Of a stretch of DNA of 64,000 nt, positions 1-14,100 are shown piece after piece (the stretch's first letter is position 1; each line of letters opens with the position of its first letter). A program made the position numbers and the translations under genes. Under the pieces are notes generated by a model, which did not search any database, was not told where the DNA came from, and saw only the letters and a program-made list of their open reading frames with translations. The stretch is from Bugula neritina (Eukaryota > Animalia > Bryozoa): contig OZ037771.1 in assembly GCA_964035545.1 (NCBI GenBank), positions 9,169,408 to 9,233,407 on the forward strand. Reading direction: 5' to 3'.

Positions 1-984
1 GTATAGTAGAGTTTAAAGAGTGCGTAGAAGTAGATTGAAGTGACTTGAGCATTTTTCTGCTTCTGCCTTCACTAAATGTGTTGTAGTTATTACTATAATA
101 ATGATTTGTCTTTATTCATGAAACTATTTTCACTTATTTCTTTGCATGTATAGGCTTCTAAAATGTTTCAAATAAAACTATTTGTTGAGAATAGTAAATG
201 TTCAGGTTAGACATGCTTATAAAATTTGAAAGTTTCCTGTAATTGTAACAAACATCTATAATTTCAAAGTGTTTTTCATTAATTTTTTCAGTGAAAAATT
301 ATTGAAATCATGTCAGTTCTTCAAAGACAAGAAACTCATCCTGTGTTCATGATTTATACAGTCAAGTCTCAGAAGTTGTAAATAATTAAGGTTTGTTATC
401 ATGAAATAGGATATACTAGGGTGAGCTTCACTAATGGCAATTCTATTGAGCAGTTATAAATAAAATAAGATCAATTTTCAGTAGAATAAAAACAATCAGT
501 AAGTGGAACCGTGTAGAGGTAGAAAGAATTATGTAATGAGTAATTAATAGCTTAATGTAGTGTAGTGTTGTTTCTATGCAACATGCATACAACCTGTCTG
601 CTTTGTAATATTTCTGGATATCATTAGACATAGCAAATGTTAATTATAGAAGTATTAGCTTTTAGAAATATAAAACAACTTTGAAGTTGTATTCTGCCGT
701 CATCATAAACTATCCATGTAGCTTTTTATATCACCCTTCTACCTAGGGATAACAGGGGTGGGGATAAGGGGGTTTATTAAACGTCCCATGCAAGTTGTAA
801 TCATGAATATAAAAAACAAAATATAGATCTATATAATCATATTTTGTTACATTATTATACTATTATATATAATTATATTATGGCTATTTAGTTATAGCTG
901 CAAATATATAACTATATAGTTTTTCTCATACATGCATTGGTTATATGTGCATGAATTTTTGGGTGTGAATGTGTGCATGATTGT

Positions 985-1111
985 AAACACACAAACGCAC
1001 ACGCACCCACACCGCACACACACGCACACACACACACACACACACATGCACACACGCACACACACACACACACGCACACACACACACGCACACACACACA
1101 CACACGCACAT

Positions 1112-1192
<81 letters not shown>

Positions 1193-1230
1193 CACACACA
1201 CACACGCACACACACATGCACACACACACA
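985..1230. repeat. (CA)n microsatellite
   Basis: Visible directly; explains the HT/CV ORFs. Confidence 0.97.
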
Positions 1231-1769
1231 GTGTGATTCTCATCTTAAAGATTGGCATGCCGCTATCTCATGAACAAGATAAATTGAAATAATAGAGTTT
1301 CAGCCATTTAACTGTATCATAATACTCGTATTATATATCTAAAGATCTAGTACCATAATTAACTATGTAAAATAGTACGGAGCCTAAGATAGCATTTATA
1401 TATGTATATTATTTCTTATATCTTATAATATAACCACAAAAATATATTATACACACAAACACATTATATGATTGATGTAAATAAATTAACAGTGTACCTA
1501 TCATTTACTATAATAGAATCACCCTGCATTCTAGTGCTAATTAGGAATGTAAACATAATTATGTGAATTTATTTAACTTATGAAAGAGTAAATGTAAGTA
1601 TTTTGTTTATCAACTTGGTAGAGCAAGTGTGCAAGCAGAGTGTATATGCATGTAAGTAGACTAACATAGTGATATGATGGGGACTTCATACTTCAGCTGT
1701 AAAAAGTAGAGAGTTTAAGTTATTTCCACTTGGCCAAAAGTTCTGTTTTAGTTGAGTTTATAGAATCCT

Positions 1770-2405
1770 AGAAGCTGAAAGCGGGAAGCTAGAAGTTAGA
1801 AGCTAAAGGCTAAAAACTAAAAGCTAAAACTTAAAAGCTGCGAACTAGACACTAGAAGTTGGAAATTAGAAGCTAGAAGCTAAGAGTTAGAAGTTAGAAG
1901 ATAGAAGATAGAAAATAGAAGACAGAAGATAGAAGACAGAAGATAGAAGATAGAAGATAGAAGACAGAAGATAGAAGATAGAAGATAGAAGATAGAAGAT
2001 AGAAGATAAAAGATAAAAGATAAAAGATAAAAGATAAAAGATAGAAGATAGAAGATAGAAGATAGAAGATAGAAGATAGAAGATAGAAGATAGAAGATAG
2101 AAGATAGAAGATAGAAGATAGAAGATAGAAGATAGAAGATAGAAGATAGAAGATAGAAGATAGAAGATAGAAGATAGAAGATAGAAGATAGAAGATAGAA
2201 GATAGAAGATAGAAGATAGAAGATAGAAGATAGAAGATAGAAGATAGAAGATAGAAGATAGAAGATAGCTACAAGCTACAAGCTAAAAACTGGTAGTTAT
2301 GTGGTAGCTGCCAGAAGCTTGTAATTAGAAGCTTGTAACTAGAAGCTGGTCCTTAGAAAGTAGAAACCAGAAGCTAGAAGCTGGAAGCTAGAAACTAGAA
2401 GCTGA
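1770..2405. repeat. Heptamer satellite: (AGAAGAT)n core flanked by degenerate (AGAAGCT)n
   Basis: Near-perfect core ~1900-2268 with degenerate agaagct units on both sides. Confidence 0.95.
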
Positions 2406-2814
2406 AGTTACTCGTAAAGTGTCAAGCATTCATGATTTTGTAACAGCTAATAATGTTTTTGCATACAATTACGTTAACAGCTGACGTGTCTCAGCACAAA
2501 CTACTTGAAAATGTTACTACTCCTTTAAGATGAAAGGTAATTATATAACACCTTATCTAAACTTTTCTCAACGCTTGGTCTTTAAACTCTTTATTCTGCT
2601 GTAACTACTTATTGAACTAAATTAATTTGAAACGTTGGCTGTGAATAAAGAATCGTACATATTACACTGAAAGATCTTAAATTAAGAAGCTAGTTGATGG
2701 TGGGTTATGTATTTATATTAATTTTTGAAGCAGCAACACCAGAATATACTCTCTTGTAACAGTAAATCAATAATAATACGTATCTCATTGTGCTTCTCTC
2801 TCTTTCTCTCTCAG

Positions 2815-3027
2815 CAATGAGAAATCAATGCATGCAGTGGCAGCTGCCTCAACATCAGTTGCATTACGCAAGAGTACCATAACACCGTTACCATATAATT
2901 TTATTTGTGTGCAGCATGGCAGCATGAAACTGTGTAGTTATGGTAAAAGCTGTTAAGTAATCCTTTATTGTCCACGAGAGTCTAAGACATTGCACTGGGA
3001 TTTGTCGGATATGCTTAACCCAAGTCT
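2815..3027 (+). other. Candidate 5' UTR exon of the Cys-loop receptor gene
   Basis: Long CT tract ending tcag at 2814 and a gtgagt donor at 3028. The first coding exon has its own acceptor (ttttcag, 8182), so an upstream exon is expected. Confidence 0.35.
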
Positions 3028-4022
3028 GTGAGTATGCATCTTATTTTGTACTTTATACAGAGTATTTTAGCTCTGAATGCTTCTATACAGAATACAACAG
3101 TACGACAAGGTATTTGTAAACTAGTTACATGAGAAATAATAAAATGGTTTCTCAACAATAATTGTGCTACACATTAACCTACTATTTCATGTGAAGTATA
3201 GACATGTATCATTACATGTTTGCTGCAGGGTATACTTATAGCAAAACAGATTCACCTTACAAATAACATGCAAAGCACTTAATACAATACAAAGTCTCAC
3301 CATAAAGCATTAGACCTGTTAAAGTACACCTGGTGCACTAATAGTTTAATTATCCATATAATTGCTATATCTAAAACTAATTACTTAAAGATATGTATAT
3401 AATATAATTTACTAAACAAACATGATATTATATAGTAGCAGTATTTTAGCCCTCTGTTTCAACCTTCTAGAATGCAGTTAGATGGCTATTTATTATTATA
3501 CATTTTATTTAATTTATAAATAGTAACTTTGAGTAGCAGTAGAAATAGCTACGTAAGTAGACCAACATAAGTGGTATATTAATTAACCATATAAATTATG
3601 CATGAAGCATATACCTTCACATAACGTATAAATTTCAAATTCAAGACTGTATCTACCTCTATGCATCTAGCACCAACAAGAATATTCTAGTCAAAGTTGA
3701 TGTTACATAAGAAAGCTTTATTTAGTTTGTAAATTGTTCAACCCAGTTAGAGATGGAAGGCTAGTCATATTTCATATTCTATTCTGCACATCAAATAATT
3801 GTGTACCAATATGTTATACACACAGTAGATGTATTGTTATTATTATGTATTTTGTGGTTTAAAATAAATACCTAAGCTAGTAATTACTATACTATCACTC
3901 TTTCAGTATTTATCTGCTCCTATTCACCACATCATTTATTTTATATACTTTTTGCACTGTACTCCTTATTTATGATGTGAAATTTTGCTTGTATTTTTAT
4001 AGATTTGTCTGCTCTCTGAATG

Positions 4023-4024
<2 letters not shown>

Positions 4025-4087
<63 letters not shown>
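4025..4087. repeat. (AT)n microsatellite
   Basis: Direct. Confidence 0.97.
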
Positions 4088-4090
<3 letters not shown>

Positions 4091-4317
4091 GATATATAAA
4101 TGATATAAATGAAATGCGCTAACACCACAGGAACATAACTCTGAGTAGTACGTATTGCCATAATAAAAAAATCATTGACGTTTGATTGTTAAGAGTACTG
4201 CTAGAATATTCTTGAAAAATATTTATCAGAAGTTTTAGTTGAGTAATTTTATACTATACATCTCAGTTTACAGCACTCATATGTAAAGAAGTTTTCAAAC
4301 CACATACTTGAAAGCAC

Positions 4318-4510
4318 GGTGCACATAATACACTACATGATGCACATAATACACTACATGGTGCACATAATACACTACATGATGCACATAATACACTACA
4401 TGATGCACATAATACACTACATGATGCACATAATACACTACATGATGCACATAATACACTACATGATGCACATATCATACTACAAGAGATACGTAGTACA
4501 CTACATGCTG
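4318..4510. repeat. 21-bp minisatellite (atgatgcacataatacactac)
   Basis: About 7 copies; explains the MMHIIHY ORF. Confidence 0.95.
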
Positions 4511-6980
4511 CGGATTGTTCGTTACACATTATATATATATATATACAGAGTAAAATATGTATGCCACATGTTGGATATATTCGTGTTCTATAATATGCTC
4601 TATTGTCATCAGTAATACGTCTAAAATTGCAGCTGTGATAACCACTCACTGTTGCTGCCACTTTCCCAAAGGCTCCATAGCCATTGAATCATCCAATGTT
4701 TAAGCATTGCTTTTACCGTCTTCCGGTAGATTCCGTTGGAATGCTGAAATGTTACTAATATAACCCACTCAATATATTACTAATTAAATATTACAGCATT
4801 AAAATTAGCTTCAAATTATTAGTTTATTAAGAGTCTAGAAATGCAATTATCGTTCGTTTTAGAATACAGCTAAAATGCCTACTTGCTGAATGTTATATAT
4901 AACATTTAACATCATGTGATTGCACGGAAGCGCTCTCAGTTTTTGAAAAGAAACTCCGTCAGCTGGATTGAAGGCTTTAATTCACTTAAACTTAACATTA
5001 ATTACAGTAAATAATATAAAAGGTGCTCCACCCAATTTGATTATTCTTCTAGTTACAGTATATGAGTGCTAGACACAACAATTGGTTTAGTAGGTAATCC
5101 GTATGTTCTTCACATCTGTGTTGAATACCAATCTTTTTTCTGATAGTAAAAGTGAATATTAATTTAATAGCTTTAGGACAATTAAATAATAATATAATAC
5201 TTGTAATAAGATACAACAAAGCACTTTCTTGTTACCATAAAGCAGCACATGGTGTAATACTAGTAGCGAACTAGGAACAAGTATATGTTTACTCAGTGAC
5301 TATAAACTGTTAGTCTCAGAGTGTAGAAATGGCATTTGCTTAGCTTCCGCTAAACATCTTATTTCTCCCAATATTCTCAGCAACTCGAAGATCATGAGAT
5401 CACGGAAGCGAGCTAGTGGCTAGCTCACTCAAATCAGACACTTCTCATACTTTACAGGCTTGTCTCCAAACCTGATGAAGCAAGTCTATTTTGCCAGGGA
5501 TCTGTCGTTAGATATTCATGCAACATGATATTTAAATAAATCTGAAAAAATAATTTGCTCCCTAAAAATAGAGTATGTGCTAGGAGAAACTAGTCAAGCC
5601 ACTTAAAGGAAGCAAAGTAAAACAAAACAAATTACAGCTTAAATCACCAGAATTTATTTATAAGTCTTAATTATAAATCTATTCAACAATACCTTTACAA
5701 GTAATTGCAACAGCTGGTAAGCCCTAGAGATATGTTATACAAAGCTATTAATTATTAATAGACTGGAATTTAATGCTTTTAGACCTCTTACAGGCTACTA
5801 ATGAAGAAAACAACCTGCTGTTAGTGAGAGAGATGGAGTAGTGCCTCAATGGCTCTTTACTGTAGAGAAATGCATTGTCAGAATTTACATGTTGCTTTAA
5901 AATTAACTTTCTGCATCATATATATTGGATTACAGGTCATATTGCATACCAACAACGCCATTTAAATATGACCATTGGGTTTTGAAATGTCAATATTAAT
6001 ATTATTAGATATACACAGCAATGCTTTGTATTTAGGAACAAACTTTACATTCATGAACAGAATAGTTATTGAATAAAAATAATGCCGCAGTCAATTTTTA
6101 AAATTAATATGATTCTCTCTTATTCCTATATTATTATGTTGATCTCATATCAATATATATTACAAAGAGAGTGTAGTTTACAAGCCTGTAAGACTGGTGC
6201 AAGTAATATGATGAATATTTAACACTAGGTATACTCTATGTACAACAACTGAGGCTGTAGACGCTGCACTTTTTATAGTGAGCTGTCAATAATAGGGTTT
6301 GATTGTTTGAATTTATTTATTAATTACATGAGCATCAGAGCAAAACATCTTTTTCAAGCGATCAGGTGTCAAAGGGCAAACTTTTGATTTAAATCTTACA
6401 TTTCTATCACTGTTGCTTTTTGTTGTTAACTTGTATTGTATAATTGACACAAAACTAGTGCTTGAGAAAAATGAAATCATTCACTAGATTTAACAGTTGA
6501 TTATTGTGAATTAGTATACCTAATCAGTCAAATTTGCTTTACCTGCTGAGTAAGAATAGCATAGTTTTTGTGCAATGTACATCAAACAAATTTAAATTTG
6601 CACTCGATGACCCATAAGCTAGGATGTGATATGACTGGGAGATATTATGCAATATTGTCCATTGTACATTGTTCAGCACACGACTAAGAAACTGCATATA
6701 ATAGCAAGTAGAGGTACTTTTAATTACAGTAGCAAAATATTATTTGCTGATGATTTGTGATATTGCTTTATTACCATATGCTAGATGGTGTACTACAACA
6801 CACAGTGAGTTGTCTAATTATATGTTGAAGTGCTTTTTCGAACTATGTTGTACAATTGACAATTTTCAACAACAATGAGAAATTTCTATAAAAAAAAACT
6901 TTTGACGGAGAAATTTAAGTACTATAACTAAGGAAATAACTTCAATTACCATTAGTTTAAACAGTAAAGTATCACACTGA

Positions 6981-7280
6981 CCTCTCATTCACATTTACCG
7001 TACTGTAGGCTATAATGTAAAATACTAGCCATTTTAATGTGTCTGGGCTGAAGTTTTCAAAGTCTGCTATTAGGTACAGTCTATGACACTTTATTGGACA
7101 ATTATATCCAATGAGTTGAAGCAAAAGTTTTTCTGTTCAATAGGAGTCCACTGCAACATTTTTGAATCAAGCAGTGCTTGATCCTAGCGTACTGCAACAC
7201 CGTACAGGAAGTTCAGACATTTGTAAAAATGGCTGATATTTGCTGTTACGGCCTACGGTACGGTAAGTGTTAATGAGGAG
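6981..7280. mobile_element. MITE family A, diverged copy
   Basis: Inverted ends (accgtactgtaggc..gcctacggtacggt). Internal similarity to 57651-57905 (gctgaagtt, atatccaatga, ttcaataggag, ccgtacaggaag). Confidence 0.7.
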
Positions 7281-7315
7281 TTAGGCAGTGTGTAGTAGAT
7301 GTCCTGAGAATTCAT

Positions 7316-7606
7316 GGGTGTCCAGTAACAATGGCACAAGTAAAAATGGCACATATAAAAATAGCACAGGTAATAATGACACAAGTAATAATGACACAAA
7401 TGGCAAAGTAGATAAAAATGGCAAATTTTCAATATTAGGGTTTGGGGTGGTATTGGGTGTTTGAGACGAGGTGTAAGTTTGGGAATAGGGGTTTGAGTTT
7501 GGGGTTTGGGAAAATTTAACATCAGTGTGCCATCGTTTCCTACTTTTCCATTTGTGCCCTTATTGTCGGTGCCATTATTACCTGTGTCATTTTTAGCTAA
7601 AATCGA
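7316..7606. mobile_element. Foldback-like element with inverted ~15-bp subrepeats (aatggcacaagtaa) around a G-rich core
   Basis: The left arm has tandem aatggcacaagta units and the right arm has their reverse complements (gtgccattattacctgtgtc). The centre has tagggtttggggtggtattggg-type G runs. Confidence 0.6.
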
Positions 7607-8190
7607 ATCCATGACCATATATAAATATAGTTTCGATGTGTCTCATTGTTTATGTCAATTGCTAGTATAAAATTAATAAACATACCAATACTGGTGACTT
7701 TTTCCACACCTCTACTACGCCTACACTTTCACCCTTTTGCTATTTCTACCATTTTGTATATCAACACAATATATTGTAATTAATACTGTTTAATTATTGG
7801 AGATAATTGTTTTACAGCCATAAAATTCATTTGCCTACCTAACATTTAGGTTACAATTAGTACACCTGACTTTTAATCACTATCACATGACATGCTAACT
7901 GAATACAACATAATAGATGAGAAACCCCTATGCAGGTATGCTGCAGGTGATGTTAGAACATGTAAATTAGCATATTTAACACACAGCCGATGCTACTCTC
8001 ACTCAAACACGCCATTCATTCTAGATCAGGCAACAACTTAACATTTTTTTCAATAATGGCTGATACAATCAACAAGAAGAAATAAATTAGGATTGTCATA
8101 TTTTTTATAATTCAACTTTAAAAACTCATAAATGTTACATAAAATATGGCGTCTGTAGGAATGAGGTGCTTACTCTTTTCAGATGGAGGA

Positions 8191-11100
8191 ATGCTTAGGC
8201 TGAGATACTGCAGGTGGAGACGTAGAGACCCAGCTTCACTTATACTATACGTACTGCTGTTCAGCAGCATGTTAACCCACAGTGTCACGTAAGTTGTCAT
8301 TGTTTTGCTGTTTGTTAACCAGAAATACTCAATATACTGTTGTAAGTCTACACTTACGCGTTGTGATGTCTATCTTTTATGTTGTGCATTAGCTTTATAA
8401 GTACATTTAATTTAATTTTGAGATAAAATAATTTGAAGTAAATGTTATCAATTTTTAAAAATAACCAAGTTTGAACATTTTGTGTTGATATTCAAGGAAC
8501 AGGCTTGAAGACACAATTATTAATATGTATTGTAGTTCAACATGGTTGATATAACACTATATTATAACCTGTATTGATAGAACACAATATTATAACCTGT
8601 ATTAATAGAACACTATATTTATATAGCCTGCATTGAAAATTATTTCTTCTTATAGGGTTGCATATAAACATACATCTATCACTAAAATATGCTACAGATT
8701 GCATATCCAAATGTCAATGTCATACTAATACTACAAACAATTGAATGAATAAATTAACTGATCAGGCAGTTGCTACTCGACATGGCACAGACCCCTAGCT
8801 TGTTTCACCAAATAAACTGAGTGGCATGTCTTCTACCTGGTCTCTGGCACTACAACTCTTCAATAGCAACCACCAATAGTACCAGCAGTAGTAGCAGTAG
8901 CAGTAGCAGTAGCAGTAGCAGTAGCAGTAGCAGTAGCAGTAGCAGTAGCAGTAGCAGTAGCAGTAGCAGTAGCAGTACCAGTACCAGTACCAGTACCAGT
9001 ACCAGTACCAGTACCAGTACCAGTACCAGTACCAGTACCAGTAGCAGTAGCAGTAATACCAGTAGCAGTAGCAGTAATACCAGTAGTACCAGTAATACAG
9101 TAGTACCAGTAGTACAGTAGTACCAGTAGTAGTACCAGTAGTACCAGTAATACAGTAGTACCAGTAGTAGTACCAGCATCATCAGAGTAACTGACTCATG
9201 AACATTGCCCCACAGTTGAACTGTCATCCCCCAGTTTATTAACTCTCCTTCATCCAATATATTCTGCATTTATTTGGTGTACTTTTAAAGGATGGCAAGC
9301 TCTTACATTTTAAACTAATTTTCAGTTGCTTTCATCATAAGTGAAAATGACATTAATTGGTTTAAAACATCAACAGAAAAAAAAATTCTGACTGCATTAA
9401 TTAGAAAACTAACTCGAGAAATTTAAAACAAAGCATATTCATTGCACTGCCACAATTTCTTTCAACCATGATGTCTGCATACATATTCTAAATATTTCAA
9501 CAGATATCTGTGAGCATGATGTTCCATGAACTGATTATTAATATGAAATACTAATAAAAGTAGAATTTTCAAGCTCAACTTTTAAAACTGTTCACATTAT
9601 ATAAAGCTTGTAAAAGATGAGGTTTTTTTTGTTTTACAATTATCAGCAGGAACAATCAGTAATTATCCTTGTTGCTCCGTTTGACATTTTCGCTACACAG
9701 CTTGTCCTCCCACACTTTAGCTAGTGGAATAAATTACGAGGTGTTGGAGAGGCCCTCCCATTAATAACCTGTCAGTATTGACCAGATTATTGCTGCTAAC
9801 AACTTGCCATGGGTGCTGGCTACACTCTTTCACTCCTCATTATTGAAACTTAGAAAAAGAATATTTCAGTCAGGCAATACTTGGTGGAAAGGAAAGTTTG
9901 TGCAACATGAATTAGCTAAGCGTTGCCTTTTATCTGCTAATTATAGGTTGCTTAATCACAAACTATAGTTACATTGTATGAGTTTGCTTCTCTAAATATA
10001 TTCAGAGCATCGTATAGCATTGTTGTCTATTAGTTATTAAAATACTGCTGTGAGAAAATGCCGCAGAGTACCTCTTAATATGCATATCATTTACTTTGAG
10101 TAACTTGAACTACAAAAAGTATCTTTTTTTATGAAAAGTATATTTTCTTTTATATTTATATGGCTACAGTAAATAATGTAATGTATGCTATCTACACTGA
10201 AACTATTTTAAATTTCCAAGTACGTCAAGTACTGCAGTACCTTCTATCTATCCCAACCACTTCATTAGTTTTCCAATTCTAACTTCACACAAGTTTGATA
10301 CAAATTAACCAATTCCATTTCATATTGAGTTAACCTTTATATAATTTATCTTCCATAAACATTATAAGCCAACTCTCTCTCTGTGTTATTTTCAGGTTAC
10401 CTATGTGCACCTATAACTTACATGTAGATATAAGTAAATGCAAAATCAATGTGCACACAATTAATTCACTAACTAAACAGCGGTGAGTTAATTGCTAGCT
10501 ATTTTCTTCCTAACTAAAACTATGGTTCTCAGCATGAAGGAAGAAGAAGAACACCAATTTTTTGCTTTCAATTGCATATGCATTTTGATGCATGTAGTAT
10601 GCTGAAACTTGATTTTCAGTTTTAACAGTATAATTTTATTGTACTCATACAAAATGAAATTAATTGGTTTTGATGTATTGAAACAACTGTTGCAATTATA
10701 GTTGACACATTTGTCTTTATTTTGAAATCGACCAAATTTAAATTTGCATCACGCCATCTTTTCAGCTAAATTTTGTTTTATTTGTTTTATATATACTTTT
10801 AGAGGCAGCCCACCTGTTCAGGTGGGCAGTGAAATGATAGATGAGGAAATACTAGGTACACAAATAGGTAGAAACATGTCTAAAATACTAGACTCTATAC
10901 TACACGGATATGACGCAAGGGTACGGCCAATGCCTGAAGATGGTAGGTAGCAGTAAATATCTCAGTCAGCTGTTATCTTGTGCTTTATGTTGTTACTGTC
11001 TCTTAGCCACTAGTCGCTACCTTCAAGTGACCCAGTAAGAGAATATTTTCACTACAAGATGCTATTTTGACACATATTCTACGCTGCTAAAATACTGTGT

Positions 11101-14100
11101 CTTTATGAAACAGCAAGTCAAGGGTGTAAGTGGCATTAAGCGTTGGTGGTCATTGGTTAGCGACCCTTTCATAGACAATTCTTAGGCAAATTAGCCTACT
11201 TGATCAATTTGATTATCTTTCTGAGCAACTTAACTCAGTGTGCATAACACAGATCAAGGTATGACTCTGTACATGTATTTGGGGAGTTGTGAAGTCGACA
11301 GCTGAGACAATGACGCAGTCAGCTGATTAAACAAAATTGCTGCCGACTAAATCAATTATTCAGTTGTTTTAAAGATTGTCCAACTTTAGATGTTGTTGAT
11401 TAATTTATTTCACTCCGTTTGATTGTAGACCCCTCAAAACCTACTCAAATTAAAGTAGACTTAAACATTAGAAGCATGGGACCAATCTCGGAGATAGACA
11501 GGGTAAGTGATAGTGTTCTCATCATAGACAATATGCTGGAGGAAATTGTATGTATAATAAATAAATAGTGTCACTAGCACACATTATAAGTGTAAAAATC
11601 TCGTGGGTGTAAAGTATCCAACATTGTGTAGAGGAAGTCCATAGTATAAGAGCTTTTATATTTGCGTTGACACATCAATACTTTGATGTCACATACAATC
11701 CATAGAAGTGATCCCAATAACTGAATAAAAGATGATGCAAAGGTGGAGAAGATAACTCTGAGTAGATAGAAACAAGGAAATGCATTCTGTAGATACCCCA
11801 AGGGCACATTCTACTAAATCAAAGAGCGCCTATAAAATTATCACATTAGTTTATGCTAATAAGCAGAATATTATATTATATATATGCATTATAACTGTAT
11901 CACAGCAAGGACAATCAAAGATGAAAAAAGTGAAAGTAAAACAATAACATAATCATAGTTCACACAGGCCTAAAGTTTACATAGACAAATGCGCTGTACT
12001 ACAGCAGTGCTGTATGTCAGATACACAAAACTTTGTATATTCTGTTACATCAGGGATGTCTGTAGAGAATTTGTCTAAAGATAGAAAACAAGAAGGAAAA
12101 CTAAACTCACTTAGCTTTAGTAAGCTCTGCTTGCCGATTCAATCTGTAGAATTGAATTAATCTGCTAATAGTTTGATTTGACTCACCATTGAGGAATTGA
12201 GCGAACTGTGAGAGTTCCACATATATTGATAGCTTTAAATATATAGTTTTATATACACTCAGTATTGGTAGTCTATTTCACACACAGCAAACATTGCAAA
12301 GTTTATTTGAGAATTAGTGAAAAAATTTGTTGATACGTGCATGAGCATATAACCAATAGATGGTGGTTTTAAAACCCAAATATGTAAATGAAACAAAAAA
12401 CTCACCCAAGTTTATAATCACTATCTCTGTGAGAACCCGTGATGGAATGGGCTCTTGGTAAATCGGGCTAAGGACTTAATCGGATGGGGCACAAGAGCAA
12501 TTATGATTGAATGCTCTTCCTAACATCACCAATGGCCTTTGTCGGGTTCAAACCAATGACTTTGTGTTCACAATGCAAATGCTTTAACCCCTAAACCACA
12601 GCTGCTCCCTCAAATATGTAAATGCAAGTTTCACACAAAATAATTGTTATTCATAACATAATAAGATTGGCAACTTATTACTATATAAAGAGTTGATTTA
12701 ACTTTGATTTATTTATAAATATTAATTAAAACAAAGTTTTTTCGTCAAATAATTATTATACGGTGAATATTTAATACATACAAGGCAATCAATATTTAAA
12801 ATTTGAAATTTATAAAAAGTATAAATTTGCTAATGAAATACTTTCCAGAGTATGATACTACTTGTATTTATAAACTACAGTATCACGTCATAGCAACTTG
12901 AATATATATATCTAGGAAACCAGCGTCAATAGTTTATCATTTCCAACAAGAAATCAGCTCATGTATTATATGAAAGTTGCTGTTTCTACTACTACTCCGC
13001 ATAGAATCTGTATCACCCTGACAGACACAGTAATTCTGTGTTGTTAACATCTCAGGATAGGTATAGCTTCTGTCTTACAGTCTCACAATCAAGGTTACTT
13101 CCACATAATTGTAAACTAACAGCAAACAATGAGCTAAGGGCAGCAGTAATTAGGGCTGCTGTCTCATGGGACATTTTTACTACACACTGTAATTGTACAT
13201 TCAGCACTCTGCATGTTGACTGCAGCTTCTACTGCAAACTCAAATCTCTTATCCAGGCACTACTTGTAAGATGGTGTTTTGTGTACTCTATAGTGCCTTG
13301 TGCTAGACATATGCAGTGCTATACATGATTAAAAGAGATATCTATAGAATTTATATCAGAAATGGAAATCTGGTTATAATTACTTTTTCTAATCTGGCAG
13401 TGCAGTTGTATTGAATTACAGAGAACAGCTAATTCTCTTTCTCTCAGACTGAATGATATTATAACAGATAACACAAAGCAGCACCATGCTACCTCACCCT
13501 CTCTATGTATTTCACAACACATTCTCCTTTTTACTCTTTTAATCTGTTTACATTCTCCATAATGAGATGCAAGATCTCTCTGTTTCATTAAATATATAGT
13601 TGTGTTCTGAAGATATCTTGTTTTAAATAGAGAAGATGTATGATGGGGGGGGGGGCTAATAATTTGTTACATGTTTGATAGGCTAATCTGAAACTGCTAG
13701 CTGCGGTGTATACTAATAATAGCCGTGACTCTCACAGTGCTGTTAACTTATACAGAGGCACAAAATATAAACCCATGCTAATGAATTTAATGACTGGTTG
13801 GTTTCTAATAAATGTGAAGCCATAGCATTCTGCAGGAAATGTAAGTAAATCTCTCAATTCACCTGCAAGAGTACATTAAAATAAATTGTATTTCTTCCCC
13901 ACAAAAAATCTAGGTCTGTCAAGCTGTGGAATTTGTTTGGCTGCATATACAACATAAAATATTTTGAAATTAACTAAATTTTATTTTCATGTAGCTAAAT
14001 ATTAAAGTGTTGTTTTAAATTTTCAACTATAATAGTCACTCTTTGGTTATTTGAACTTGTAATTCATAATATACATGCATGTCAGCATGCTTTAGCTTTT

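Noticed and set aside
892-1273. Overlapping CV/HT-repeat ORFs
   Set aside because: Translations of a (CA)n microsatellite.
4263-4661. Cys-rich (CASCSVL)n and (MMHIIHY)n ORFs resembling metal-binding peptides
   Set aside because: Products of a 21-bp minisatellite, with no splice or homology support.
8821-9269. Poly-Ser/Thr mucin-like and poly-Leu ORFs
   Set aside because: Simple repeat within receptor intron 1; exons 1 and 2 join in phase without it.
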